The position numbers were made by a program, and so were the translations under genes. From positions 30,072,001 through 30,136,000 of the forward strand of contig CM097885.1 in NCBI GenBank assembly GCA_044892525.1: a stretch of 64,000 nucleotides of DNA, in the 5' to 3' direction. The DNA is from Schmidtea polychroa. Taxonomy: Eukaryota. The notes below the pieces were generated by a model. That model did no database searches and had not been told where the DNA came from. It was given only the letters and a program-made list of their open reading frames with translations. Shown piece by piece: positions 49,901-63,900 of the stretch (the first letter of the stretch is position 1; each line of letters starts with the position of its first letter).

Positions 49901-50406
49901 ACAGAGATGACGGGAAGTCTCTCCAATGTATGTGGCATTACACCAAATCATGTAAACTGATAAACGAAATTGGAACATAATTCGACCGGAGTTTTTGACA
50001 TTAATAAACATATTGCGTACTATCCATGAAGTTGACACTATCCTATAGTTTAAATTCCCAAACTGCTTTCTTATCTTCCCTTTATACTCCTTAAAACATT
50101 TTGATTACGGCAATACTAACACAAATTTAGCCTCATCATCCTTACCCATGCTATTTAATTTATTTAACTCATCAAAAATATATCGTGAAACCAATGTTTG
50201 ATTGGTGCTTTCTTATAATTAAATCGTTGCCATGTTTATTCAATTATAATAATTATTATTATAATAATAAATCTTTTATTAATTTTCATTATACACTTCT
50301 ATTTTCTTAGCTGCTCGGAATCATTATGGGATCTGTATTGATTGTATTGTTAAAGAAAGATGTGAAATATCGAATAAATTATCACGACTCATATACCAAG
50401 ACATAA
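39431..50406 (+). CDS. Tetraspanin, CD151/TSPAN11-like; exons 39431-39547, 39591-39782, 42247-42591, 46365-46448, 50311-50406 (~277 aa)
   Basis: Four hydrophobic segments. EC2 has LQIKYKCCG...DW...VPESCC...[12 protein letters not shown]. All introns are GT-AG in phase 0 and give an uninterrupted ORF. Confidence 0.9.
40877..41436. mobile_element. hAT MITE
   Basis: TIR CAGAGCCGTAGCTAGGG / CCCTAGCTACGGCTCTG. 8-bp TSD CTTGTGAC / CTTGCGAC. Confidence 0.92.
42745..42924. repeat. 12-bp minisatellite (TTACAATCTATA)n, ~15 copies
   Basis: Read directly. Confidence 0.97.
43838..43930. repeat. (AAT)n microsatellite
   Basis: Read directly. Similar (TTA)n tracts at ~46905-46990 and ~50497-50561. Confidence 0.97.
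44236..44463. mobile_element. hAT (Charlie/Buster-like) MITE
   Basis: TIR CAGGGGTTCTTAACC / GGTTAAGAACCACTG. Perfect 8-bp TSD CTGTAAAT. Confidence 0.93.
47540..48790 (+). pseudogene. Decayed hAT transposase (Tip100/ZMYM1-like)
   Basis: [58 protein letters not shown] and CETLWESR. Confidence 0.8.
48921..49200 (-). pseudogene. Degenerate intronless actin fragment
   Basis: [29 protein letters not shown]...INLAGRDLT corresponds to actin MTQIMFETFN.PAMYVAIQAVLSLYASGR...LDLAGRDLT. An LTE...PK remnant lies upstream. Confidence 0.85.
49640..50230 (-). mobile_element. Penelope-like element 3' fragment (GIY-YIG endonuclease)
   Basis: [20 protein letters not shown]...[16 protein letters not shown]. 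Confidence 0.85.
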
Positions 50407-50495
50407 TTGGTTACAAAAATACTAAAATTTGACATTAGTTTTATTGAGTGCCTTTTATATGAAACATTTTATAGTAATTTTTTACTTGCTATATG

Positions 50496-50562
<67 letters not shown>

Positions 50563-51065
50563 CGAAATTTGCAATGATGAAATATAATTAATATCACAGT
50601 TTTATGTTTATTAATTTCGTTTAATTTTCTTAATTTTACCTTATTATATTAAGCAAAAATGCCTTTTATTGCAATAAAATTTTGTTATATATTGTCAAAA
50701 GTTTATGTAATAATTAACTTTAATTAAAAAAATTATTTTTAATTTGAATTTAGTAAGCGAATGCGAATGACCCTATAATCATCATAGACACATGCAATGT
50801 ATAATTGTAACAGAATTTAATTGACAGTTTCCTCTTTTCCGAATAAGTTTAAGGGGTAATTGTTTCCCTTCTACTTGGTCAAAGTCTAAGATGAGACTGT
50901 TTCGAGGCGATATACAGTATCTGCCGTATACAATAAAGTCGGAAAGTGCATAAACTATGGGCAACAAAGACATTATGGTTGGAAAGTTATTTTTTATTAA
51001 ATTTACATTTTCTAAAGTTTTCAATAATTTTTAATCTTTTTTATGTTAAAATTTTTTTTTATTAA

Positions 51066-51291
51066 CCCTTTCCTATCGTGTGTATGTAAAATTATGACAA
51101 AAAAATAAAAGATTTCGTGGTGCAGAAGTGTTAGGGCAAATGCTTGTAATGGACGACGACGACGACGACGATTTTGCAAGCGATGATGACAACGAATGAA
51201 ATGAAATGAAATTTATTATTTCTTTTATTTTGTGCAATTAAATTGGTATTGGAATGTACCGGGCGCAGAAAATAATGAGGATAGGAAAGGG
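51066..51291. mobile_element. piggyBac-like MITE
   Basis: TTAA on both flanks. TIR CCCTTTCCTATC / GATAGGAAAGGG. Confidence 0.88.
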
Positions 51292-51439
51292 TTAAAATCT
51301 CTTATTTATGAGTAGGGAGATATAAATAACCTTCTGTGTCTTACCTTTCCGCTAGATTAAATATGTAATATTTAACTAAAAGATTTTGAAGTAATTTGAA
51401 GCACTATAGTAAGAGAGTAAGGTCAATGTGAAAACCTAT

Positions 51440-53312
51440 AGTCAAGCCTATTTTTTGGCTAAACTTTTTTACTTTTTCTTCTGTGATATCAATTTTATTA
51501 GCTTTTATTCGTGGAAAATGATTAAATATTTTCGACCTAAGATCGTTCACAAAAAGCCGAAGTTTAGCTTCAAAACTAAATAACGTTTGTGACAAATCAA
51601 TAATTATCTTTTCTTTTCCTTGTAAAGCCAAATTTAATATTTGCAAATGTTCCATAATGTCTGTAAGGAACATTAAGTCAGAAAGCCAAGTTTCATTTTC
51701 TAATTCTGGGTATGCTATTCCTTTTTCTTTGGATTTAGGAGTTCCACAAAACGATCCAAAACATTGTAAGTTGACAGCCATCTAACAATACACCATAAGG
51801 AGACATCATTGGGCAATTCATCTGTTTCATCATTTAATCTTAATTCTTCTAAAAAGTTTTTAAATTGACGATGTGTTTTGGCATTTGTTCTAATTAAATT
51901 CACAATCTTCAAAACAATCTTCCACACATTTTCGTATTTAAAGTACTTCGCTATGAGATGCTCGCGATGAATTATGCATTGAAGAGATAAGAAATGAGGA
52001 ATATTTGGATCTCTGTTTAAAAGACCAATGAGACCTTGATTTTTCCCCATCATTGCAGGCGCTCCGTCTGTCGCAACACTTACAAGTTTATCACGCGCCA
52101 ATTCAAACTTGTCCATCACTACATCAAGCGCAGTTTTGACATCGATACCGCGAGTTGTTTCTTTAAGAGCTACTAGGTCTAAAATTTCTTCCTTTACTTT
52201 TACGTCAGAAGATACAAAGCGGACAAAAACGGCTAATTGTGGAACATCCTGAATGTCAGTAGACTCGTCGAGAGCTAAACTGAATGCTGTACAATTTTTT
52301 AAATCACACATCAAATTATTTTCAACATTTTCGCTAATTTGGCCAATTCGACGCGCAGTTGTACGACGTGACATAGGAATACGTGAGATCAATTTATGTA
52401 GTTTTGAGTTATCCGGATCCAAAACTTTAATCACTTCTTCCAAGTTTCTCTTAATAAATTCACCTTCTCCATATGTACGTTTAGCACGAGCTATATTCCA
52501 AGCTATCAAAAAACTAGCTTCGTTGGCACTGTCATCTTCTCGACTAAAAGAAGACATTAGTCCTTGTTGGTTTTGAAGCCCTGATTGCAATGACTTAAGT
52601 TTTTCTGTTCGCAATTTTGAATTGAGTGGATATTGAATTGATAAGTGTGGATGACTTACTTCATAGTGTCGACGTAAATTGGTTACTTTGTAGTTGGAAA
52701 TTGTAACTTTACAAATAAGACACAACGATTTACCATTATTGTCAATAAAAAAAAACTTTTCTGTCCATTCTTCTTGAAAGTTCTATTTTCTTGTTTGTAT
52801 TTTCGTTTTTTGATGTTTTCTGAGGTCATTGTAATAATAAATTTGAATAACTTATATTACTGAAATTTAAACAAAATAATAAAAAGACATAAATTTAATT
52901 TTAATTAATTTAAAATTTTAAAATGCTTCATAAAAAATCTTCTTACCAAATTTTTCAAAAAACACGAATAGAAAACTATACTAAAATATACAAACGACCG
53001 CAATATTGTACAAACAAAAATACTAACTAATCAAAATTCACTAAATTTATTTTCATTGCTTCTCTCTCGTTGTTATAACAAAGCGCCGCCTACTACAAAA
53101 TAATTTTAAAAAGCAGTAAAATGTGAAAAACAATGTTTCGTTAATTTTTAACATTTATGAAAATACAATTGCAACAAAAAATTTTTTTTTAAAAATTCAG
53201 TTGAAAAAATTTCAAAATAAAAAAATAGAATTCAATTTTCAAATTCAATTATCAAAAATTCAATTATCAATGAGCCGCATGCGGCTCTAAGAGCCGCATT
53301 TGCCCACCGTTG
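51440..53312 (-). mobile_element. hAT (Charlie/SPIN/GTF2IRD2-like) transposon, 3'-truncated; transposase ATG at 52829, frameshifted
   Basis: CLICK..NLRRHY, FSLALDESTDIQDVPQLAVFVR, SVATDGAPAMMG, CIIHREHL, VRWLS and FLTDIMEHLQILNLALQG. 5' end reads CAACGGTGGGCAAATGCGGCTCTTAGAGCCGCATGCGGCTC. Confidence 0.9.
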
Positions 53313-53639
53313 ATATATAACATAATATAAATATTATATTTAAATAAATAAACAAATATATCAATAAATAAATGCGAATAAATAAAACCGAATAATGGTA
53401 GATTTCTTAGATATAGAATAAATTATACATATTTACTCATTTTCTTGGCTGTATATATTAGTTTGGCTCACAAATTGAATTCTTTTATTTTGAACAACTT
53501 GATATTTTACACCTAAATTCGAAATATAAAAGTTTCTATAATCTAAAAAAATCGATAAAATTATAGTATAAGAACACACAAACTTACCTGTGTGTAAAAA
53601 TGTAATGTTCCGAAAGTTATGTGACAATGTTTACTTTCA

Positions 53640-54920
53640 ATAAAATGTAAGTTATATATATTTTTAACTATAAATAAATAAATACATCACCAAACACATT
53701 TATTTTTTAAGAAATTTTGGAAAGAAGCGGCGTATATGGATAAAATAGTTTTTTAAGTTTTTGTAATCTTCTTTCTCCAGCTCATTTTCAATAGCCTCTT
53801 TGACGATGTCAAATCTGCTTGGAAAGGACAAGGAGCTTAATCCATTTGTCCTTGATATTGTTTTTCTGATGCTGCCTTTAATTTTGCTAAACACACTTTC
53901 TATTGGATTGAGGAATGGGCTATATGGTGAGGTTTTCGATGTATTTTTTGGAGATAATAAATAATAATAAAAAAGGAGAATTAAAGCATTGTCATGAATG
54001 AGACGGTATCCTGTCCCATTCAATTTAGTACTTAATTCATTAATGAAATGTTAGTAGGTATCCTTTTTGTAGGATACTATAATTAATTGGTGATGAATTG
54101 CACCTTTGACACCTATTGCTAAGAGAAATGACATGTTTTGTCCTCTGTTATTTGAAACTACGTAGTATATTCTCTCCATTTTTCTTCCTTCCGTAGGTTT
54201 GTTTAGTCCACGTATTGAAACCACATAAATGTAAATGACATTTTTTATCTCGCTAGACTTATTCAAGATAACGTGTGACATCGTCCATTCGGATTTGAAG
54301 TACGTGATCAGAATTTCTTGTTGCCACACATGGCCTTACCTTTTTAACTGATATTAAATGATTTTTTAGGAATCGAAAAATAGCAGTTTTGGAGGCCGAG
54401 CAATTTTGTTGTAAAAGGAAAATTTGCATTTCTTCTAAAGTTGAATAAAAATTGACTTCGAAAAAATCCAACAAATTATTTCCCTATTCTTCTGAAATAA
54501 TTTGTTTTCTGCCACTTCTTTTTCCTTTGCTAATTTCTGCATATTTTTTATATTTATAAATTATTGAAATAATCGAATTTTTGGGAATTTGTAATTTTCC
54601 CCATTCTCAAAGGCATTAATAAGCCGAATTTTGTCATTTTCTGTAATTCTATGAAAATATTAATTTGTTAAAATAATTTATTAAAATTTACGATTTGCCA
54701 TTTTTTTTCTGCAAATTCAAAGATGTTAAAGGACCTTCTTCAATATATGAAATGCTACCTTCACACAAAGGCAGCGTTTGACAAGATATATATGCCATAC
54801 TTTAAAATATTTTAATGAATAAATCTTAAATTGTCAGATCTTCAACTTCGCAAAAAGGCACTGTGCTCTGTGAAATATCTGTAAATCTAAAGAAAATTTA
54901 TATTCTAAATTATTTTATAA
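53640..54920 (-). mobile_element. Degenerate IS630/Tc1 (DDE_3) transposon with spliced N-terminal exons
   Basis: HTH (TLEEMQIFL..CSASKTAIFRFLK), NRGQNMSFLLAI, IHDNA and SPYSPFLNPIESVFSKIK. An intron lies at ~54649-54691. Confidence 0.8.
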
Positions 54921-55378
54921 TTAAATCTTACGATGTATTTTTTTCTTTTTCTCTAAAGTCCTAAGGCGGTTACGTCTCACCTGATAGTTTTCACTTTTGT
55001 GAAACAATGATATTTCTTGACCATTGGCTCTTGTCGTACTATTTTCACATCTAAGGCTACCGTGCCTTGTCGATGTGCTTGATAACGAATTGCTTGTCCA
55101 TGTTTCCTCATTAGTGCTTTTATCTCTGTCTGGAATGATTTACATTCCTTTACAACCGGTAATATCAAAAGTATTATCGTTTCTAGTGTTTCTACCGGTA
55201 TGCGCAACATTAACATCCAGTCTAGAATTTCTTTTATTGTTTCTAAATAGATATAGATATATTTCCAAACCAATTTGACAAATTGAATATTAATTCCAAT
55301 TGAATATAATCAATTATTTCCACGATTTCTTCTATAGATTTCAATTATTTGAAAAAATAAAACTCCTTCCGTTACACT

Positions 55379-58300
55379 GATGGAGCAAGATGATGATAAA
55401 TGATGTTGAGATTGAGATGTTGTGGGATTCTGAAGCTTCAATTACAGTGATGAATGAGGAAACATGGAATAAAATTGGCAGTCCACGTTTAAGCAGCAGT
55501 GAATTCAAAATATGTGGAGTTTTTCCAGGAACTCAAAAACCACAGGGATGTACAGAAGTAAATGTTTATTGGCACAATAAGATGAGGACTATCAAAATGA
55601 TTGTTATTAAAAATATATTTCCAGGTTTTATTGGTGGGATAGATACTTTGAAAGCATTTGGAGTGCAGTTGATGGAAATTAACAATATCGAATCCGAGAC
55701 AAAGATTAGCAATTATACTGATGACGAGAGAAGACAAAAAGCAAAAAAGGAATTGGGAAGAAATGAATTGCCAACAATTAACAAATTATTAGATGAATTC
55801 GGGTCAATTTTTATGGCAGCCAGATTTGATTTAGGATTCACAAGAATCGTAGAGCACGAAATTAAAACATCTCGGAATCCAACAATGCAATTTCCAAGAC
55901 GACAACCGATGCATCTAGAACAGAAAATTGACGATATGATAAAAGAGTTAACAAAAGCTGGAGTTATAAGACGCTGTAAAAGTCCATGGAGCTCCCCATT
56001 GGTTGTAGTAGGAAAGAAAGACGGCTCAATAAGAATGTAGATTATCAATAGTTTAATAAGATGACAGAAAGAGAATCTTTCCCTATGCCCAACATATCCC
56101 AATTACTCGATAACCTATCAGTATCTAAATTCTTTAGATCTTGGACAAGCATACTATCAGGTCGCATTATCAGAAGAAGCACAAGAAAAAACGGCTTTTA
56201 GTTCCAAAGAAGGTCAATTTTGTTTCAATCGACTACCATTTGGATTATCAACGGCTCCAGCAACATTGCAGCGATTAATGCACACGATGTTAGAGGGTAT
56301 CTTGTTTAATGGAGCAATTGTTTATTTAGACGATATTCTGGTATATGGCAAGGACCAGTCTGCACATGATTAGCGATTGCGAGAAGTTTTTAAAAGAATA
56401 AGACAACAGGACTAAGAATAAATCCGGAGAAGTGCGAAATTTACAAAACCAAATTAAAATTCCTTGGTCACACCGTCAGTGAAGATGGAATACAGACAAA
56501 TTCAGAGAACATCAAGTCAATTACAAAAGTGACAAAACCACAGTGTGCTAAACAACTTCGATCATTTCTAGGTTTGACAAATTACTATAGACGATTTGTC
56601 AAAGATTATGCTAAAATAGCAGCACCCCTACATGCAGCAGCGTCAAGTTGTGATAAAACCATCGAATGGTCAGAAAATTGTGAAAACAGTTTTAGACAAT
56701 TTAAAGAAGCCTTAACACAAGCACCTATTCTTGATTTTCCTCATATAGACCGTAAATTTATTTTGAATAGTGATACCAGTTTTGAAGCTATTAGAGCAGT
56801 GTTGAGTCAAATAAAAGAAGACGGTTCAGAAATAGTTATCGCATATGGTTCAAGAAATCTGACGGCCCATGAAAAGAGATACTGCGTAACCAGGAAAGAG
56901 TTATTGGCATTGCATGAATATGTTTTATATTTTAGACAGTATTTATACGGGAAAGAATTCGTGGCTCGAACAGATCACAAAGCTTTAGTATTTATGAACA
57001 CGAATAAAAAAGCAATAAGTCCACAATTTCAGACATGGATGGCTAATCTATCGAAATACGATTTCCAATTGAAACACCGGAAAGGTGAAGAACATGCAAA
57101 CGCAGATGGATTATCAAGGATCGAGGGTAGTTTAGGTGCACAGTGTCAGACAGCACATGTACAACATAAACAAGAAAGATCAAGAGTAAGAGTAATATAT
57201 CAATTTGATACAAAAAACACAGACAATGCTAGAAATTATGGAAGAACAGAAGAAAGATAAATTGTTCCAGGAAGTGATGGAAATTCTTAAGAATCAGATA
57301 GATTTTCGGAAGGAATCGTTTCTAAATAGTTTTTTATTCAGATATAAAGATCGGTTAAAGATATCGGATGATATGCTTGTCTTGGAATCAGACAAAATAG
57401 ATCTAGTGATAATCCCAAAAAGCTATCAATCTAAACTAGTGATTAAAATACATGAAGATTTATGTCACGTTGGAATTAAGAAACTGTTTCATTATTTGGA
57501 AGGGAATTTTTCTAGCCGAAAATGCAAGAAACCGTTAAAGAGATAGTAAAACGATGTGTCACATGTGCAAGAAGGAAAATAGACCAAGGGAAGAAAAAGG
57601 AAAGTTCTGAATTTCTAGAACAGATTGTGAAGGATGTTGCTTTCATGGAGAGAACTTCAACCGACAAAAAGTATGTTATCGTTATTATTGATAGGTTTAG
57701 TAAATTAGTAAGTCTAACGGCTACAGCAAACCTAGATGAAAAAACTATTTTGAAGACGCTAATGAACAATTGGATTTAGAAATATGGTAAACCTCAAAGT
57801 ATATTGAAAGACAGAAGGCGAAATTTTGAAAGCAAATATTTTAAGGAAAATTAGAACAACTTGGAATAAAGCCAGAATTCGCCTCGCCATACCAACATCA
57901 GTCGAATGGCTTAGTGGAAAGAGTTATCAGGGAAATGAGAGATTTACTTGTGACGACGATGAAAGGGGCTGTGCTGAAAAACAGTGGCACGAACTGTTGC
58001 CTCGAATTGAATTCAGTATAAATGCAACTTATCAAAGTTCTACAAAATATTTACCATTTGAGATAATATATGGATGGAAAATAACGTTACACGCTAATTC
58101 TAGACTCAAACATCAAGTACACGATATTTCGGAGAAGCACAAAAGAATAACAATCAAGCTGCGCAAAAGATGAGAAAATTCGAGAAAGACAAGAGAATTA
58201 AACGATATTTTGAAGTGGGGGAAGAGGTACTAGTAAGACGAGAACCACATAGAAGAAACAAAAATCATATGCAATATGATGGTCCTTATAAAATTCTTAG

Positions 58301-58557
58301 ATTTGTTTCAGATCATCAAGTTGAATTGCAATATCCAGATACGACGCGGCACCGACGAATCGAATGGTTAAAGAGATGGCATCAATCTTATGAAGGGGAG
58401 AGTAATGATATTACATTAGAGGTCAAGGACCAAATGTGAAGCAGTTCAGAGTATATTGCGTAATTCAATACAATATGTTAGTTATTATGCAATATTTAAG
58501 AGTGATAACTCTGTGTTAATATTAATAAATCTTTAGATGGAACCAATTGTTGTAACT
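55379..58557 (+). mobile_element. Gypsy copy 2 (same family as 9284): decayed PR-RT-RH-IN, PPT and 3' LTR 58401-58557
   Basis: Closely similar to 10661-13090. PPT GAAGGGGAG at 58392-58400. LTR AGTAATG...GTAACT is 157 bp. Confidence 0.95.
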
Positions 58558-60902
58558 GTATTGATTATGACATCTTCATTAGTCAAATGTCTAATAAGAT
58601 TCGAATATTAATATTATAATGAAGTACTGTTTATAATATGATATATTTGTACAACAAAATCTATCTAGATTGTCAAATGCTACAACACAAGATATTATTT
58701 GATAAATTTCAATGTAAGTCATTTCAACGAACTGCATGAATACGTATAATATGAAACATTTTGGATTTTTGCAAATTTCAAAGCTGAACATTTCTGTAAT
58801 TCCACATTTCTCATTCCTAAAATGTAAATGGTTCAATGCCAAAAATTGCAATATTCAATAAAATAATGATCTCCATATAATAATAACAATAAAAAATTGG
58901 TATTTTGTAAGTAATAAATTTTTGTATTTAAAAATTTCGTAGGATTTTTGATGTTGGCCTATTTTCACCTCCTTGACTATTTGCGCACCTCAACTGCCGG
59001 ATTGCAATTATGACTGAAATAAAAACATCCACAACATCAAATTGATTGAACCATATTCGGCACAAGTGATGGTGGTACAGTGTTTAATGAAGGCCACTAT
59101 AGACATAACATTCAATAACTTTATAAAATTGTTTTGTTGGGTTATTAATATTTTTAAACAGATACTATTGACTCTTTGTGTTCTTAATACTAAATAAAGA
59201 AGCCACAACACAATAAATTTCCTTCAGTAATCTGTATTTACACTAGTCAATACACACACTAGATTTATATGATCGGCACTTTTTTTTATTATAATAGGTA
59301 GATGGCCCAATGGATTACCATTTCAATAGAGACTGTTCACTTAATTATTTCCAAAACTCCTTTAATCACACTTAAAATGTTTCTTAAGTATCGATCATGT
59401 TATCAGATTTTCCCATTCGCTGTCTCTTATAGGATACTCACGATATCAGTCATCTCACTTGATTTAATTTTCAACTGAACTTTTGGAAAAAATTAAATGA
59501 AATTTAGCATGACAAGCTGACTGATGTTAAGCTCTGGAATAGTGTTTTATATTGGACTGATCAATTGATTTCAAATAAATAATTGTAGTTGTTGAATGTC
59601 TTTGTATATAAGCACCCATCTTTTTAAAATTATTGTATTCGTATTCATCTTATCATTTGCTATTAGCTCAATTTTGTCTTCCCAAAAGAAATATTAGTTT
59701 TTTCATTTAAATTTTTTGAGTTTTGGCAAATTGTGCATTTTTATTGTTTTACACATAATTCTTTGTACATTTTGCCTCAATTTTTACAACACTAACAATT
59801 CATTAAAGTAATTTAATATAAATAAGCTAATAGCTGTAGAAAAATTCCATAAAATAGAAAAAAGGACATGATTACAAATTATAATATGGATGAAGCACCG
59901 CCGACATTTAATGTTCCATAAAATCATGCGTGGGTTTAAAGGGTTCTAAATCAGTTGTGATAAAAACCTTAGACTTCGGCAAGACTCCTACAGTGTTATT
60001 TTGACTTGTTCTGCGTATTATAACTAAAAATTCGGTTTTCTCAATTATACTAAACTTGATTACATCGCCTTGCATTTGATAAAAATTTTATTGGATGTGT
60101 TCGCAGGATTTGCATACTAAGAAAAATGAGTAATAACTGCCTACAAATTATTGTCAAGGTTTTATAAGAAAGTATCTAAATTTCACATCCTTAATGATTT
60201 ATATGGATTTTAATTGCAAAATTATTTCAAAAATATGTAAGTTATTTTTAATTAAAAAATTTTTAATTAACTATTTAACTATAATTAACCCTATAATTAA
60301 CTATTTTATCAAAGATTACGTAAAATATTTTTTAACAATAATTTTTACAAACATTTACAAATGAGTATTTTCTTAGGTGGTGTATGTCATCACGTGTTTG
60401 ATTTATTATAGAGATTATATTCCTCGGGTTTGTATGTTTTAATCAATTTTTCTACTCTTTCTGGAATCCTATAATAAAGTGACAGGTGTAACTGGTTATA
60501 AATTTTTAGCACACAGGCGAGTTTGTAGGGATATTATAATTTATTGATTATTTTTTTATATAATACTGTTTTTATCAAATACAATGCGATGCTTAAACTC
60601 AATTTAAATAAAAATATTAATAGCATTTGCCTTTTGTTTTTATGTCAGCATTTTATTATTCGATAAAATAACTTTAAATATTAAATTTTAAATACCTTTT
60701 AAAATTAAATTTATATAACAATTTAAAAACACACTGGATAAATCCTGTGCCGAAATATCGTGTATCTTATATATTGTTTTGTTCTATGGTCTTACAAATA
60801 TTAATATGGAAATAATTTAATGACCTTATGCATCAAAAACTCGGAATTTTTCTAAAGAATTAACAAAAATATGTATAGGTTGGTAAAATTAAAACAATTT
60901 AT

Positions 60903-63900
60903 TTAATAAATTAAACATTTTAATGTTTTTTTATCATTAAATATTGTCTTACCACAAAAAAATACTTTCCTTCTGAAAGTTTGCCTGAATTTGCTAGACA
61001 TGACATTGTAAATAATTGGGTTTGCAGCTGAATTTATAAAAACCAGAGATCTAACAAATAAAATATACCACAAATCCATGTTGGCATTTTCAACAAAAGC
61101 ATTGTAAACCAATAAAACACGATAAGGAAACCAAGTTAACACGTGAATTATCGCAATTATTGACACTATTTTGATTTTCTAAAATAATTATATTTTGTAA
61201 TATATAATAATCATAGTTCTAAGATACACATGCATTCAAATGCTAGGACATACTAATACAAACTAAATAATCATGTTGCAACTTTTTCATGTGAACTTCT
61301 TGAGATACTTGAATAATTAAAAAATGTATGCTGGGCCATTCTCAGGTAAGGTATGGTAGCTCCTTAGAAATTCACACCGGAAAATTACTCTATTCGAAGC
61401 AAAAGGATAACATCATTTTAAAAATATACATGCTAAGAAATTAATGTATTTTTTGAACTTTTAATGTAATGCTATTTTATTACTGGTATACAAGGACATT
61501 TTCATTAGCTTCAAGCTCTGATAAATATAAATATGGCTTTCAATGAAAAGATAAAGTTAATATTTTGTAAATCGTGCATTTTATTTTGGGAAAATGCAAC
61601 TGCTAAGGTGTATAAAACAGAACAATCCAACTCAATATATCAATAGTGGCTAAACTATTTAGCTCGGTATGTCAAAATTCTATAAGAATCACATCGAAAA
61701 ATAATGATCAATTTTAAATAAAAATTTGAAAACACCTAACAAACGAAATATATTTCAAGGAAATTATCCTCATCAACATTCTGACATCATAATCTATGTT
61801 AATAATTATATACAAAAACAATTATGATGTAATGGTTATGATTTAAAGAGTTAATTAAATAATCAAAATAAATTCGTTGCTGATTGAAAGTTAATTGTAG
61901 GGGATTGTGATTTAATAACTAATGTGTCACATAAAATTCTTTCCCACTTATTATTAAAGGTTTTATATAGCATTTTAAAATATATTTTGTCAGTTGCACT
62001 TTTACACATTTTCCTACGCTCAAATGTATTACTGATGCCTTTCAATCGACTATGTTTCTGAAGTCTCTCCAATTGCACTTATAACATGAAAACTTATACA
62101 CTAGATTTATTTCAAAACATATTGAATGATTTTAAAAATTTTGATACTATTTTAAATAAATTGGAATTGCTTTGTGTTTTCATGACTAAAACACTTAAAA
62201 TTTTTAAGCGTTCCGAATATGAAATAACTAAAACATGAGATTGTAAAGGTTCAACATCAAAAAATGATCTGTAATGTTCCTTGTTTCTATTAGCGGTAAT
62301 CAAAAGACAATCAATGGTTTACTTTGAATAGCCTTTTTTTCAAAAGAGAAGATATATTTTTCAAACGTAGAAGATACTAACCATGATCTAAAAATCAAAC
62401 TCTTAATTATAATTTTATGATATCTAAAATCACAAAAGCTATTAGAAGTAGTGTATAGGCATTTATCCGTTGGAATTCTAATATTTCTGTTTCAAAACCA
62501 TTTCTCTAACAAATCTTAAAGGGTAGAAAATAATTAACTTCTTCCACTGCAAACTTTATATTGGAATGAACCGCGTTCATATAATTTTAAAAAGGAAGGA
62601 CTTCTTCAGAACTAGAAATTAATGCAAGAATTGGAGGAAAATGTTATCTTATTGCTAAACCATGAACCTGTTGAAAAAAAATGCAACATTAGAAGTGGCA
62701 AACTCAACGATTCATGAAATTCAACTTCATCTAAAGTCTGGTCATTTAACTTATTCTCTTTCCACAAATCACAGCAAATATCAATAGTTGTATTTAATGG
62801 AACATTTGTAAACAAACTAGTTACATCATAAACCACCATATAGTCAGAAGAATGAGTCGCGACACTCATAATCCTTATAAATCAAAAGTTTTAACAATAA
62901 GTCAAGAACCTTAGCTATCTTATACTGTGATGAACCTACCATGGAAACCACCAACCGCAATAGAACATCTTGACCAGGTTACTTTTAAATAATCAAGCAA
63001 ATTGTTTCCTAATGACATTACAAATTTTCATGGTAAAATACTAACTGAAGATATTAAGAAAATGATTATATTATTTGAATCATGTTGACCTAAAGGTCTT
63101 TTTATATGAGACCCATTTCAAGAAAACCACGGGTCTTCCAAGAAGTATTATATTACAAATATTAATCTATAGCAGTGGTTCTTAATCTGGGGTACATGGA
63201 CCCCCAGGGGGTCCGCGAACGGGTTCAAAGTGGTCCGCGGCACTATTTACAAAAAATCATAAAAAATATTTTATGTTATCTTGATATTGTAACTAAAATA
63301 ATAAGTAACATTTCTTTACTGTTTTGTAGCATCAAAATTCTAACATTTGAACTTTTATGTTAAATAATTTAAGTCTCAGTAGTAGTATTACTTTTATTTG
63401 AAGCTGAATAAACAGATTTATAAATATTTATTAAAAAGTGTGTGTGTTTTACTATCAATTTATTAATTTTTTACATATGAGGGGTCCATCGGTACCAATT
63501 ATATATTTATGGGGTCCATAAGTTTGAAAAGGTTAAGAACCCCTGATCTATAGAAAGAGTGTGGCTTTGCTATTTCCCGATACTCGCGGTCATGCATTCC
63601 GAGCTTTATTGGCTTTTCTCAAGGTAAAGGATAACTGGCGCTATCATAGAGTCAGAGATTGGTGTGGTTTTTCTAAAAATTAAAATTTACAAAAATAGCC
63701 GACAATTTCTATATTTGCTTGCTGTATTTATGAAAAGTGGAGACGCGATGAAACAGTTGAAGATTCCCACGGCACTCAACATATTAAAATTCAGGCTCAC
63801 ACGAATAGATTAAAAATGATATTACTGAACTTACTTTTGATTTAATTCTTGCTGTTCCTGATTCAACTGATTTCAATTTGTAAGAATATTTCACAAATTG

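Noticed and set aside
9284..58557. One giant 49-kb LTR element bounded by the two matching LTRs and carrying host genes
   Set aside because: Both ends have their own overlapping PR-RT-RH-IN regions. The LTRs differ by several substitutions and a 10-bp indel, and the intervening genes keep their introns. Two partial copies is simpler.
58570..59760. Short minus-strand ORFs, possibly a LINE ORF1 relic
   Set aside because: No motif convincing enough to call.
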